DNA of 64,000 nucleotides from Macrostomum lignano (Eukaryota): NCBI GenBank assembly GCA_002269645.1, contig NIVC01000678.1, positions 1 to 64,000 of the forward strand, read 5' to 3'. Shown piece by piece: positions 37,996 to 49,935 of this stretch (position 1 is its first letter; each line of letters starts with the position of its first letter). The notes under the pieces were generated by a model. It saw only the letters and a program-made list of their open reading frames with translations, ran no database searches and was not told where the DNA came from. The position numbers and the translations under genes were made by a program.

Positions 37996-38646
37996 CAGCA
38001 ACAGGAGGGTAGAGGGATAGTTCAGAATGGACTATCCATGGCGACGGACTTACCACCAAGCGAATTAGCAGACGAAAATGTACATGTACGAGGACGAGTT
38101 TGATTACGAGACCTACCATGGAGAAGATCTACGACGCTATCAATATTTTGAGATGAACTATTACTGTCCGCCAAATGGGATTATCAAGCAAGTTGAGTTA
38201 AGTCATAAAGAGACATCAAACTATTGAATAACTACGACACAAAGCGCCTGCAGTAGAAAACAGTTTAGACAGACAAAGTTATTACACGTGAAGCAAAGTC
38301 ATAGTATGAATGCCCATTCCACGTGCAAGTACCTTTAAGTGGGATTGCCTGGTCTCGACTAACACTGCGATCGAAGCGAGACAGTTTGCCTGACTAAGGG
38401 TATAGTTAGTAGAACCCTTGTGTGTCGTGTGACTGAACTTAGGCAGTAGTAAGGCACTAGGCCTTTAGATTAGCGGTGGGACATAGGCGTGAAAAGTGGA
38501 CGCCAAGACGACAGCCCTAGCAAGAAAATCAACACTATCGCGAAGGAGCATAACTCAAATCAAATGACGTGATGAGGATATCCAGCACTGATCAAGACGC
38601 CATCATCTTCAGACCAGGAGTGGTCTGCGTTTCAACAAGGGGCGGA

Positions 38647-39100
38647 TATGAGCCATAAGAAAATGCTCATAAGTCTAGGAACGGGGATAGGCTAGGTCAC
38701 CTGGTCGTGTCACCTGGTCGAGTCACCTGGCGAGGCTGGACGGCAACGAGAGGACCCAATGTGAGCCTGGAGCGAGGGGACCAAAGTTATGAAGTAGGCC
38801 CCAACGTTGCGGACGCTAGCTTTTGTCTAAGACACCCAACGTAGCTCGGCTCGCACCATCAGCAGCAGCAGCATCAACGATCTCAGCAGTACGCAACAAT
38901 CAGCCGATCGGCTCAGGACAGCAAGACCAGTTCAGCAGGAGTTCATTGTGCTTCCCAACGCTCAATTGTTTGCACAAGTGAAAGTTAGAAAAGTTTAGCC
39001 GGCTGAAATTGGCTTGCACTAAGAACGCCTGAACGTCTGGTTCTCACGAAAACTGCTGAGATCAGCGCCCAAGATCTGCGACATCGATACAGCTGCAACA
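38647..39100 (+). repeat. Putative LTR (454 bp, TATG...CAACA)
   Basis: Directly preceded by a PPT-like tract and followed by a PBS. The 5' end is TA rather than canonical TG. No second copy in the window. Confidence 0.55.
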
Positions 39101-39101
39101 C

Positions 39102-39115
39102 TGGTGGAGCCGCCG
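39102..39115 (+). promoter_or_regulatory. Primer-binding site TGGTGGAGCCGCCG, complementary to a tRNA-Ala-type 3' end
   Basis: TGGTGGAG is complementary to CUCCACCA-3' of tRNA-Ala and lies 1 nt after ...CAACA. Confidence 0.6.
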
Positions 39116-40357
39116 AATGACGCACAACGGCGGTGTCCGATTTCGCTGTTCACATGAAACTGGCACGCAGGCATCCAAACTTTCGCACCAAAAAAATAAT
39201 TCCCAGACTTTCTTGCAATTGCGTTGATCTAGAACTCTTTTGCTACAATTGCTATTGGTTTGAAATAACGCTGACTGAGGCAAATTTTGTTGTATAAATA
39301 TAAGTGCGGAAAAGTAGAAATGGGCCAACTTGCGAGCGAGCAAACTGGCTGCCTAACAACTATCGTTCGAACAAAAACTTGTGTTCTAAACTTTCGATTG
39401 AACAGTAAAGCCAGTAAAGTTGAAAGGCTAATTGAAATCAAAAGGAGGCGCAAGCAAACATATTTAGCCGCTTAACTCGACAGGCAACCTCCTATAATAT
39501 CTATTCGTATAATATATATTATTTGTATAATATGTAAAATATTAACATATTAGATTTAAAATTATAAAGGACAGAATAGAAGTTGCTAGCTAAAATATAA
39601 CCGACTAGATAAATTTCACCTATGATAATAAATAAACATTACTTTTTTGCAGATGAATGATTCTTAGAAATATTGCTTTTTAGTATGTGCATCTCGTGCG
39701 TGTAGCTTTACCTCAGAGTCCTGACCTTTTTAAATGAAGTTTAATTTTGCAATAAAAGATTCTCTGATTCTTTAAAAACTTAAAAGCACCCGCTCTGACC
39801 CCTAAAACGGTGGATTAGATTTCCGATTGCGATTGAACATCATTTATAAAAAAACTGCTTACTTGCTCAATGTTCTTCCCACGAGTCCCAGACGATAAAA
39901 GTGATTTAAGTGAATTGTAGCTCATATGTTAAAATGATCGCATCTACGATATCACTTATGATGTGTAGTCGTATGTGTTCTAATTCATATGAAAGCTTTA
40001 AAATTTAAATTATGTTCATTACATTAACTAAAATTTATTTTCTTGGAATTAGAGAGCCAAGCAGACTTAAGAATCTATTTGTTATACGAGTATTTCTTGT
40101 TCAAAAAATGATTAATTCTTATAATTATCCGTAGATTTGGCATTTAGCTCGTACATGTACGAGCGTATGTTTTCAATCAGAAACGGCAATAATTATCTGC
40201 TTTGCAACTGATCGCTTGCGCCAGAAGTGTTCCATTCCATGAGTGTATAAAAAAATTTATAGTTTATTTAATTGATTTATTAACAATTCCAATCTGTGTT
40301 CAAACGAATCATGAAGAATGTGTACACTGTATAGTATGTTGTACTACATTGTATACA

Positions 40358-40675
40358 CAACAACAACAACAACAACAACAACAGAATACACAGTCAGCGT
40401 CACAGTGCGCGCCTCAAGGCCAGGTCCCGAATGAACGCCACGCCGCCGGCCAAATCCGGGACGTCAGCCAGCAGGCAGTCGACGAAACGCCGAGTGCGCG
40501 CCTGCCCCCACCGGCAGGGTGTCTGCAGCGTCAGCAGCAGCACCTCCTGCACCGGCTCTGGGCAGTACGACTCGGCGCGGATGATGTGGTCTGCCAGCTG
40601 GAGTCGCCGACTGCGCAACAGGTTGCTTGGACCGACTAGGCCGGCGCAGTGATACAAAGCCGCGTTGGTCACTCG
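40358..40675 (-). mobile_element. 5'-truncated non-LTR retrotransposon (RTE-like) 3' end with a (TTG)n tail
   Basis: Minus ORF LLRSRRLQLADHIIRAESYCPEPVQEVLL...RRFVDCLLAD resembles RTE-clade ORF C-termini and is followed immediately by a trinucleotide tail (forward (CAA)n at 40358-40382). Confidence 0.7.
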
Positions 40676-40689
40676 TTTTTAATTCAGAA

Positions 40690-41300
40690 AAGGTGTAACG
40701 AGCGTGTCCTCCGCGAGGCAAAAGGCAGAAACGCTTTGCGGCATCCCCAGAGAATGAGGCGCCGCAGAAATCTTGAGGAAGACTCTGCCAGGCATCTGTA
40801 ATGACATTTTGTGGCGGATTCTCCCGCTAAATTTTGCGCTTCAGAAAGTCCCAGACATGTTCGATCGGGTTCAATCATGTTCGATCGGGAAGACAATTTC
40901 CGTCCCCGAGTGCAATGAGATCCCAGCCCAGACATGTAAGCTGACTGACTGTCTGCACATTGCACACATGCTTCTGCAACCATCTTCTGCCCGAGGTTCT
41001 CGCCACACACGAGTGCGACCGTCGGCTCGGAAAAGGCGAAACCGGCCCTCGTCGGTGAAGACGACACACGCCATCACTGCTGCTGCCTCCAGTGAATGCG
41101 CTGCACAGCCCACTGCTCACAGCAGGCAAAATGAGCAGGAATTAGCCGCGATTGCTTGCGATGTTTCGGGAGTGCAGCCCGGCTTCTCGGAGACGCCGTC
41201 GGATGGTCTGAGCACTCAGGATGTTTCCTCGCCTGCTTTTCTCGCCCCATTAGACTGCTTACGACTCTTGACATCCTCTCAAATTGCATGATGTACGGGC
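40690..41300 (-). pseudogene. Degenerate Tc1/mariner transposase
   Basis: Fragments RLIPAHFACCEQWAVQRIHW and VFTDEGRFRLFRADGRTRVWR...SVSLHVWAGISLHSGTEIVF match the Tc1 pattern LFSDESRF...DGRxRVWR...VMVWAGIS. Frameshifts and stops present. Confidence 0.8.
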
Positions 41301-41820
41301 GGACGTGTAGATCGACCTTCCATGATTATGTACATCGGCTTAAAAGTACATGCCAAGAAATTACCCCCATGAAAGTTTCAACGGAAATGAATGTATTTTA
41401 TTATTCCGAACAACGATCGGATTTATTCAATTTATAACTCGAGTTCAAATTATCAAAGTCAAGCGAAAAAAACGCATGGCAGCTTGTAGGAATTTCCGCT
41501 CGATCAAATTCATCGACAGATTAATTTTTGGTGTTCAATCAAAGAAAATGTAGAATCGTGTCAGTGTTGAACAACCCTTGCAAATTTAGAAGCGATCGCT
41601 AAGGAAGCCATCTGCCCTGACATGGGAGGCAAAACAAGTTATTTTTTATCCCAGATAGCACGAGACAGGAATTGGAGAAACGCTGGAGTGGCAGGTTGCG
41701 CTGGATGCAGCGTGACTGGCACAGATTCTGGACTGTCAGGAAGATGGAGGCGGGGCCAAGCTGCTCCTTTGTTTCAGCTCACCGCCCCACCCCATGAGAT
41801 CAGCAAACAGCAGCTGGAGA

Positions 41821-41829
41821 GCATAAAAG
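41821..41829 (+). promoter_or_regulatory. Candidate TATA-like box (GCATAAAAG) for the peptide gene
   Basis: About 105 nt upstream of ATG 41929; positional inference only. Confidence 0.3.
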
Positions 41830-41928
41830 CCGATGTGTCCGGCGCTGGCATCGATGCTGCGCTCCTTCGCCAACTAAGCGTCAACCTTCTCCTCAAGTCA
41901 GAAATAACTATTGGAGTCTCGAGTTGCT

Positions 41929-42431
41929 ATGCACATCAAGCCGTCATCAGCAGGCCTGGCCGCTCTGCACCTGGCTCTGCTGCTGCTGTACGTCAGCGCC
42001 GACAAGGTCGAATCCGTCAGAGACGACAAGGCGGCTTCCGTAGAGGACAAAATCGACTCAGGTGAGTTCTGTAAACTCGTGCGCTGTGCTAATTCAGCTG
42101 CCAATCAGAACTTATCAGGTGAAGCTTGATCGCCCCAACAAACTGTCCCGCAGGCTTCGACATTCTGGTGCCGGTCTCCGAGCCGGAGCGGCGCAAAATC
42201 TGCAGCAAGTGCGCCGACTGCCTGATGTGCGCCAGCGACGCCGCCGGCTTCGAAGACGGCATCGACGCGTTTCCAGTGGCAGCCGGCAGCAAGTTTGAAA
42301 TCCACTGGACGGACAGCGACCCGGTGGCTGAGAACCGGCGAAAGCGCATCGTGGACCTGACAAGGCCGGCCAGGTACCACTGCGGCAAGTGCCCGACCTG
42401 CTACTGCTACTACAGAGCCTGGCGCGGCTGA
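41929..42431 (+). CDS. 136-aa secreted Cys-rich peptide precursor; exons 41929-42061 and 42154-42431
   Basis: Signal peptide MHIKPSSAGLAALHLALLLLYVSA; phase-1 GTGAG...CAG intron; RRK and RRKR cleavage sites; two 4-Cys clusters; terminal Gly before the stop. Confidence 0.8.
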
Positions 42432-42779
42432 GCAGTCGGGGCTTTGGACCGACCTGCAGTGAACCATCCGTGAAAATTGACTCAAATATCTATATAAGAC
42501 GCAACTGTTACCGCTTCTGTACTTCCTATACAAAAGTTTCCAGGGAAATACACGCCTCAAGCATTAGCATCTTACTGAATCATTTATCGAATAGCCAGTG
42601 AGCAATTAACTACCTAGTTAATTAATAAATTACTAATTTAGTTAAGAGGCGCGAGCGATATGCATGAACGATATCGTCCCACAACCACATCTGAGGCAAC
42701 TCTGCCAATTCCGACTGTGATCTGCAGTTACCCAAACCTTCATCCAAGAATTAGAGCTCGTGCTACGATTTTCTTCATC

Positions 42780-43240
42780 ACAATGCCCCTGGCCCATGCA
42801 AGTCCAGACAATTAGTGACCAAATTCTTGGCTAAGAAATGCGCATCACAAATCCAGGAGTAATGTACGTGGGTCTTCGGAAGCTGCAGTGGATAGAGGCC
42901 TTCACCGAGTATGTAGGAAGTGCCTGCTTCGGAATGGTCAAACTGCCTCAACAGGTAGTTTGAGCAAATGCTATCGTGCATAATTGTCTCCTCGTTTGGA
43001 GAGCAGTGTGGTACTTTGAAATAATTGACCGTCAGTAGCCTATCAACAACTACGAGAGTTACGTTCGGTTCGTAGTAGAGACACTTGCAGAGAGTCGTGA
43101 AACTTGCTGCTTCGGGGCCACCGTACACCCTGTGTGAGCGTGTGTACGAGTGCATGCCTGAGTACAGTATTGGAGCACTTGTGTGTGCGGAAATGGGCGG
43201 AGTTGCCGTCAGCTCTGGTTGTTATTCTGTCCAAATCAGT
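42780..43240 (-). pseudogene. Degenerate PIF/Harbinger (HARBI1-like) transposase fragment
   Basis: MHDSICSNYLLRQFDHSEAGTSYILGEGLYPLQ resembles the HDS...F.....YLLGDSGYPL DDE motif. Frames broken. Confidence 0.5.
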
Positions 43241-43429
43241 TAATAAAAATCAATAACAACAAAGACAGAATAGCAATGAACAGTTTCATGAACTGCAGTT
43301 GATGCACACATTTTTATTTATTATTTTTTTAATCCAGCAGGCCAATCCGTCAAACGCTTGCCGCAGAGCGGCTGCCAACACTTTTTTTAAAGTCATAAAT
43401 CTGCCAGCGCGCTTTCATCTCCGCCGAGT

Positions 43430-44576
43430 TTAGCGCTTCCTGCGCATCCTCAGGAAGTTGTTCTTGCGCCAGAAGGCGTGCCGACTACCGCCAATGGTCT
43501 GGTGGAACCGGTGACCCTTGCCCAGTCCGCGGCTCTTCTTAGAAGAGCTGGTCAGGCCGCGCATCTCCCTGTGCTTGTGCTTGGCGGTGCAGATCCAGTT
43601 GATGCGCGGGTCGCGCCTGATGGCCTTGTGGTTGGGATCCACCAGGATCACCTCGTAGAACTTGTAGGTGGAGTCCTGCGCGATCCAGTAGGAGCCCAGC
43701 ACGCGGAGGGCGCCGATCTTGCGGCCGATTCGCTCCTGGTGTGTGGGAATTGGTTTGGGCATTGAATTGCAGAATGGAAGCCGCTTATCAAATTCATTTA
43801 TCCCTTTATCATCCCGCTTCAGTTGTAGCCTAGTGCCACCCCTCCCTGTTCTTTTGTCATAGAGTGCCGCCACCCCCTGTTCTTCAGCCATAGAGTGGCG
43901 CCACCTCCTGTTCTTCAGCCATAGAGTGGCGCCACCCCCTGTTCTTCAGCCATAGAGTGGCGCCACCTCCTGTTCTTCAGCCATAGAGTGGCGCCACCCC
44001 CTGTTCTTCAGCCATAGAGTGGCGCCACCTCCTGTTCTTCAGCCATAGAGTGGCGCCACCCCCTGTTCTTCAGCCATAAAGTGGCGCCACCCCCTGTTCT
44101 TCAGCCATAGAGTGGCGCCACCCCCTGTTCTTCAGCCATAGAGTAGCGCCACCCCCTGTTCTTCAGCCATAGAGTGGCGCCACCCCCTGTTCTTCAGCCA
44201 TAGAGTGGCGCCACCCCCTGTTCTTCAGCCATAGAGTGCCCTTTCCCCGGTCACACGTGACCCTGACCTCGGCGATGGCCTGATGGCTGCGCTGGTTCTT
44301 CAACTGGTTGACACCCTCGTGCACCGGCTTGCCATAGGTGGCGCCCTTGGGCACCGGGCGCTTGCGACCGCCGCGGCGGATGCGGATCCGGTAGATGACG
44401 AAGCCCTGCTTGGCCTTGTAGCCAAGGCGGCGGGCCCTGTCCGGCCGGGTGGGCTTGGTGGCCCGGTGGATCACGTGCCTCTGGCGCAGGTGCCAGCAGC
44501 GCAGGCGCAAAATGAAGCGCATCACATCGGATTGCTTTTTGCGGTACAGCTCCGAGATGAACTTGTAGGCGCCCAT
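43430..44576 (-). CDS. RPL15: 60S ribosomal protein L15 (eL15); exons 44576-44268 and 43735-43430
   Basis: [28 protein letters not shown]...[12 protein letters not shown]...[34 protein letters not shown]...[11 protein letters not shown]. Phase-0 intron. Confidence 0.98.
43865..44240. repeat. 31-bp minisatellite (CAGCCATAGAGTGGCGCCACCCCCTGTTCTT)n in the RPL15 intron
   Basis: Visible, about 12 units. Confidence 0.95.
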
Positions 44577-44634
44577 GACGGCTGGAAGTGCAGCGGGGAA
44601 AGTGTGAGGTCAAGAAATACTTTAGCGGAATTAT

Positions 44635-45000
44635 AAGGGACATCTGAGGTCAAGTTCTATTTAGGTCACTTACTGGGGTCATCTGAGGTCAAGGTTCTTT
44701 TAGGTCACTACTGGGGTCATCTGAGGTCAAGTTCTATTAGGTCGCTTACTGGGGTCATCTGAGGTCAAGCTCTATTAGTTTATTTACTGGGGTCATCTGA
44801 GGTCAAGTTCTATTTAGGTCACTTGCTGGGGTTATATGAGGTCAAGTTCTATTAGGTCGCTTACTGGGGTCATCTGAGGTAAAGTTTTATTAGAAGTTTA
44901 TTTACTGGGGTCATTTGAGGTCAAGTTTTATTAGAAGTTCATTTACTGGGGTCATTTGAGGTCAAGTTTTATCAGAAGTTTACTTACAAGTCATCTGAGG
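44635..45000. repeat. About 38-bp degenerate minisatellite (GGGGTCATCTGAGGTCAAGTTCTATTAGGTCACTTACT) upstream of the RPL15 ATG acceptor
   Basis: Visible; an acceptor CTTCCAG lies 5 nt before the ATG on the minus strand. Confidence 0.9.
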
Positions 45001-45304
45001 TGAAATTCTAAAAATGCTGACTGTGCTTAAATTTCATTATTTATTGCAAAGCAAATACTAATCGAGCAATCAATGCGTCATTAAATTTATTGATCAACAG
45101 TAAACATTTCTACAGCAGAATAAATGTGAGCGATACAGCCCCGAATAAGCGAGTCAAAAACCAAAAATTGATTATAAGCCGAGGCATTTGATAACTACAA
45201 TAACCACCTTGTGCTAAAGTAAAGGGAAGAAGAAATTTAAATAAGTGGGGATTCGTGGGTTGATGAAAGTTTTATTATTAAACTGACAACCAAAAACAGA
45301 CTGT

Positions 45305-45770
45305 AAAAGGGAATTGCCAATAGGACACGGTAAAAGGGAATTCCCATAGGACACGGTAAAAGGGAATTCCCAATCTAGGACACGGTAAAAGGGAATTCCC
45401 ATAGGACACGGTAAAAGGGAATTCCCAATCTAGGACACGGTAAAAGGGAATTCCCATAGGACACGGTAAAAGGGAATTCCCATAGGACACGGTAAAAGGG
45501 AATTCCCAATAGGACACGGTGAAAAGGGAATTCTCAGTAGGACACAGTGAACAGGGAATTCCCAATAGAACACAATGAACAGAGAATTCCCAATAGGACA
45601 CGGTGAAAAGGGAATTCTCAGTAGGACACAGTGAACAGGGAATTCCCAATAGAACACAATGAACAGAGAATTCCCAATAGGACACGGTGAATAGGAAATT
45701 CCGTATAGAACATAGTGAACAGGGAATTCCGGTAGAACACACTGAACATGGAATTCCCAATAGGACATCT
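45305..45770. repeat. 26-28-bp minisatellite (GGGAATTCCCATAGGACACGGTAAAA-like) downstream of the CTU1 stop
   Basis: Visible. Confidence 0.9.
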
Positions 45771-45844
45771 GGTGAGATAGCTATTCCCAAAATAGACTCT
45801 CAAAACACTAGAAGGCGATTCCAAAGAACAGATTTAAAAAGTCA

Positions 45845-47964
45845 TCAAGAATCCGCCGCCGCAGCGCATGCCGATCCCGAGCAGCCGCGCCTGGCGCCGG
45901 CGCTACCGCAGCATTGGGCGCGATTACGCCCAGCATCAGTAAGCATTCGCTGCTGCTGTTGCTTAGCCGAACAAGCCGAGGATTTGCCAACAGCCAGCCG
46001 GGGATTGCCGGAGTTCAAGCCGTCCAGCAGCACGCAGGCTTTGCACACTGGCTGGCTGCTGACGTAGCCGCACAACCGGCAGGTGTCCAGCTCCGGCATT
46101 CGAGCATCGGTACGGAATCGAATCTGTTCAGCGGCCTGGATAATGTGCAGCAGAGCGGCCGGCCTGGCCCGCTCCAGATCCTTCACCAGAGCCCTGGCGT
46201 GGCCCCTGTAGGCAGCCGGGGCGTACAGGCACTCGGTGGCGAAGTAGTCAAGCCGTTTGAAATAGGCGTAGAGCACGATCTCCTTCTCGTAGGCGTACTT
46301 TAACGGCTTGCAGCGGGCCGGCAGGCCGCCGCCCGTGTGGGTGACGCCGTCGGCGCAGCGGGACAGCCTGGCCGCGTCGCCACGCAGGAGGTTCATCACG
46401 ACGGTCTCGGCCACATCGTCAGCATTGTGACCGGTGGCCAGTTTGTCAGCTTTAAGATGACCGGCGCCTCTGTCCAGGGCCTGGCGACGGAACACGCCGC
46501 AGAAGGTGCAATTGCTGCGCCGGCCAGCGGCCCGGACAACTTCGTCCATTGTCCAGCCGTACAGGTCGCGATAGGTGAAGATTGTGAGGGGCAGGCCGAG
46601 GCTGACCTGTACAATTTGATGGAAAAAGCCTGTTATACTACTTGATAATAAACAGCGTAAGTAGCTTTCTAATTTTATTTAACTTTTGATTCAATCCATA
46701 AGCTAAATTGTGAAGTTGATACCTGGACTTTAAAAGGTATTACCTGGGTTTCACAGGTGATACCTGGGTTGGACAGGTGATCCCTGGGTTTCACAGGCGA
46801 TACCTGGGTTTCACAGGCGATACCTGGGTTTCACAGGTGACACCTGGATTTCAAAAGTGACACCTGGATTTCAAATGTGATACCTGGATTTCAAAAGTGA
46901 CACCTGGATTTCAAATGTGACACCTGGATTTCAAAAGTGACACCTGGATTTCAAAAGTGACACCTGGATTTCAAAGGTGACACCTGGATTTCAAAGGTGA
47001 CACCTGGATTTGAAATATGACACCTGGATTTCAAATGTGATACCTGGATTTCAAAGGTGACACCTGGATTTCAAAAGTGATTTCAAAAGTGATACCTGGA
47101 TTTCAAAAGTGACACCTGGATTTCAAAGGTGACACATTGATTTCAAAGGTGATACCTGGATTTCAAAGGTGACACATTGAGTTCAAAGGTGATACCTGGA
47201 TTTCAAATGTGACACATTGATTTCAAAGGTGATACCTGGATTTCAAAGGTGACACATTGAGTTCAAAGGTGATACCTGGATTTCAAATGTGACACATTGA
47301 TTTCAAAGGTGATACCTGGATTTCAAAGGTGACACCTGGATTTCAAAAGTGATATCAAAAGTGATACCTGGATTTCAAAAGTGACACCTGGATTTCAAAG
47401 GTTACACCTGGATTTCAAAGGTGATACCTGGATTTCAAAGGTGATACCTGGATTTCAAAGGTGATACCTGGATTTCAAAAGTGACACCTGGATTTTAAAA
47501 GTGACACCTGGATTTCAAAGGTGACACCTGGATTTCAAAGGTGACACCTGGATTTCAAAGGTGACACCTGAATTTGATACAAAATGCTACACTGAGTTAA
47601 AACGATGACAAACCTCTGTGCGCCTCAGAGCGTCCAGAGAATCGTCCCGATAACCGGCAATGCCCTCATCAATAGCCAGCAGGCGCAGATCCAGCCCATA
47701 ATTGTGCCTCTCATTTAGCGTCTTCAATAGGTAGGCCAGCACAGTGGAATCTTTGCCGCCGGATGCGCCAATAGCGACGCGTTCGCCGGGCGAGAACATC
47801 CGGCTGGAGACGATCGTGTCGTGAGTTTCAGCTTCGAATGCCCAGAAGAAGCAGTCGCGGCAGACTGCGTGGCCGGTTTTTGGCCGACGAAGCTGCGGCT
47901 TCTTCTCGCAGAAACGGCACCTGCGCTGCGGCTGCCGCTGCGGTTCAGCCTGCGGTGAGGCGGC
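45845..47964 (-). CDS. CTU1: Cytoplasmic tRNA 2-thiolation protein 1; exons 47964-47614 and 46606-45845; start exon upstream (candidate ATG AGC|GTAACT at 49395-49390)
   Basis: CRFC...[21 protein letters not shown]-loop [94 protein letters not shown]. Confidence 0.97.
46715..47570. repeat. 20-bp intronic minisatellite (GACACCTGGATTTCAAAGGT)n
   Basis: Visible in CTU1 intron 47613-46607. Confidence 0.95.
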
Positions 47965-47989
47965 CTGCAGTTCCAGAATGAGATGGCAT

Positions 47990-49035
47990 TGATGAGGCTG
48001 ATGCTGGGGTGTGATTGATGAGGTTGATGCTGAGGCATGTGATTGATGAGGCTGATGCTGGGGAGTGATTGATGAGGCTGATGCTGGGGAGTGATTGATG
48101 AGGCTAATGCTGGGTGTAGAATAGATGAGGCTGGTGCGGGGGAGTGATTGATGAGGCTGATGCTGGGTGTAGAATTGATGAGGCTGATGCTGGGGTGTGA
48201 TTGATGAGGCTGGTGCTGGGGAGTGATTGATGAGACTGATGCTGGGTTGTGATTGATGAGGCTGGTGCTGGGGTGTGATTGATGAGGCTGGTGCTGGGGT
48301 GTGATTGATGAGGCTGGTGCTGGGTGTGATTGATGAGGCTGATGCTAAAGGTGTGGGATTGATGAGGCTGATGCTGGGGTTGGGATTGATGAGGCTGATG
48401 ATGCAACATGTGATTGATGAGGCTGACGCTGGGGCATGTGAATGATGAGGCTGATGCTAAAGGTGTCGGATTGATGAGGCTGATGCTAAAGGTGTCGGAT
48501 TGATGAGGCTGATGCTGGGGTGTGGGATTGATGAGGCTGGTGCTGGGGTGTGATTGATGAGGCTGGTGCTGGGGTGTGATTGATGAGGCTGGTGCTGGGG
48601 TGTGATTGATGAGGCTGATGCTGGGGTGTGGGATTGATGAGGCTTATGCTGGGGCATGTAATTGATGATGCTGGGTGTAGGATTGATGAGGCTGATGCTG
48701 GGGTGTGGGATTGAAGAGGCTGATGCTGGGGTGTGGGATTGGTGAGGCTGATGCTGGGGTGTGGGATTGATAAGGCTGATGCTAAAGGTGTCGGATTGAT
48801 GAGGCTGATGCTAAAGGTGTCGGATTGATGAGGCTGATGCTGGGGTGTGGGATTGATGAGGCTTATGCTGGGGCATGTAATTGATGATGCTGGGTGTAGG
48901 ATTGATGAGGCTGATGCTGGGGTGTGGGATTGAAGAGGCTGATGCTGGGGTGTGGGATTGGTGAGGCTGATGCTGGGGTGTGGGATTGATAAGGCTGATG
49001 CTGGGGCATGTGATTGATGAGGCTGATGCTGGGAT
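47990..49035. repeat. About 26-bp minisatellite (GATTGATGAGGCTGATGCTGGGGTGT)n, CTU1 intron 1
   Basis: Visible. Confidence 0.95.
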
Positions 49036-49434
49036 GGGATTGATGAGGCTGATGCTTGATGTTTAAGGTGCTTTACTTTGCAAAGGATAACCGAAACAAA
49101 AAGTTAGTCTTAAAACGAATATGAAGAAGTCACAATATAATTTGGTTAGCTAGCAAAAATATGCATAATATACTCAAACAGCATTATAAAGATAACAAAT
49201 GTGCTGCTAAAACCGGACACAATGAAATATGAAATGCTGCAACAGCTGAAAATCTACACTGCGCCTTACTTGTAACTTTTTTAACACAAAGCAATAAGTT
49301 TGAATTTGCTGCAGAAAGATATAAGAACATTTAAAGGTGGAAAATATTGAACCTCAGACTGCAGCAATGGTTGTATTGCAAAAAGTTACGCTCATAATTC
49401 ACAGGCTTTAGCAAAAAAACAGACAAATTATACA

Positions 49435-49810
49435 CATTGACCAATAGGAGCACGGCATGGATTCCTCAGTTCTCTTGACCAATAGGAGCATGGCATGGAT
49501 TCCCCAGTTCTCTTGACCAATAGGAGCACGGCATGGATTCCTCAGTTCTCTTGACCAATAGGAGCACGGCATGGATTCCCCAGTTCTCTTGACCAATAGG
49601 AGCACGGCATGGATTCCCCAGTTCTCTTGACCAATAGGAGCACGGCATGGATTCCCCATTTCTCTTGACCAATAGGAGCACGGCATGGATTCCCCATTTC
49701 TCTTGACCAATAGGAGCACGGCATGGATTCCCCAGTTCTCCTGAACAATAGGAGCACGGCATGGATTCCCCAGTTCTCCTGAACCAATAGGAACATGGCA
49801 TGGATTCCCC
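49435..49810. repeat. 38-bp minisatellite (CCAATAGGAGCACGGCATGGATTCCCCAGTTCTCTTGA)n downstream of the POLRMT stop
   Basis: Visible, about 10 units. Confidence 0.95.
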
Positions 49811-49935
49811 TAACAATTGTGAACGTCAGAATGCGCTATACGCTTGAAACGGAAAGACGTAGCGCTTCTCAGGCACACAATAACAAATCTAGAAGATAGT
49901 AAGTTATCTGTACAAAAAATATTGCCACAAGCATC

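Larger units (their letters stand above)
36330..39480 (+). mobile_element. Ty3/Gypsy-type LTR retroelement fragment: env-like::integrase-tail ORF, 3' UTR, PPT, LTR, PBS, leader
   Basis: Composition shifts sharply from the AT-rich flanks. Gypsy integrase C-terminal GPY/F module (VGDRVML...FSGPYRVIRKL...RVHVDRLKK...YNLRSR). PPT-like AAGGGGCGGA at 38637-38646; PBS at 39102-39115. Confidence 0.75.

Noticed and set aside
38030-38230. About 49-codon ORF (MYMYEDEFDYE...) in the LTR element 3' region
   Set aside because: Too short and has no recognisable motif.
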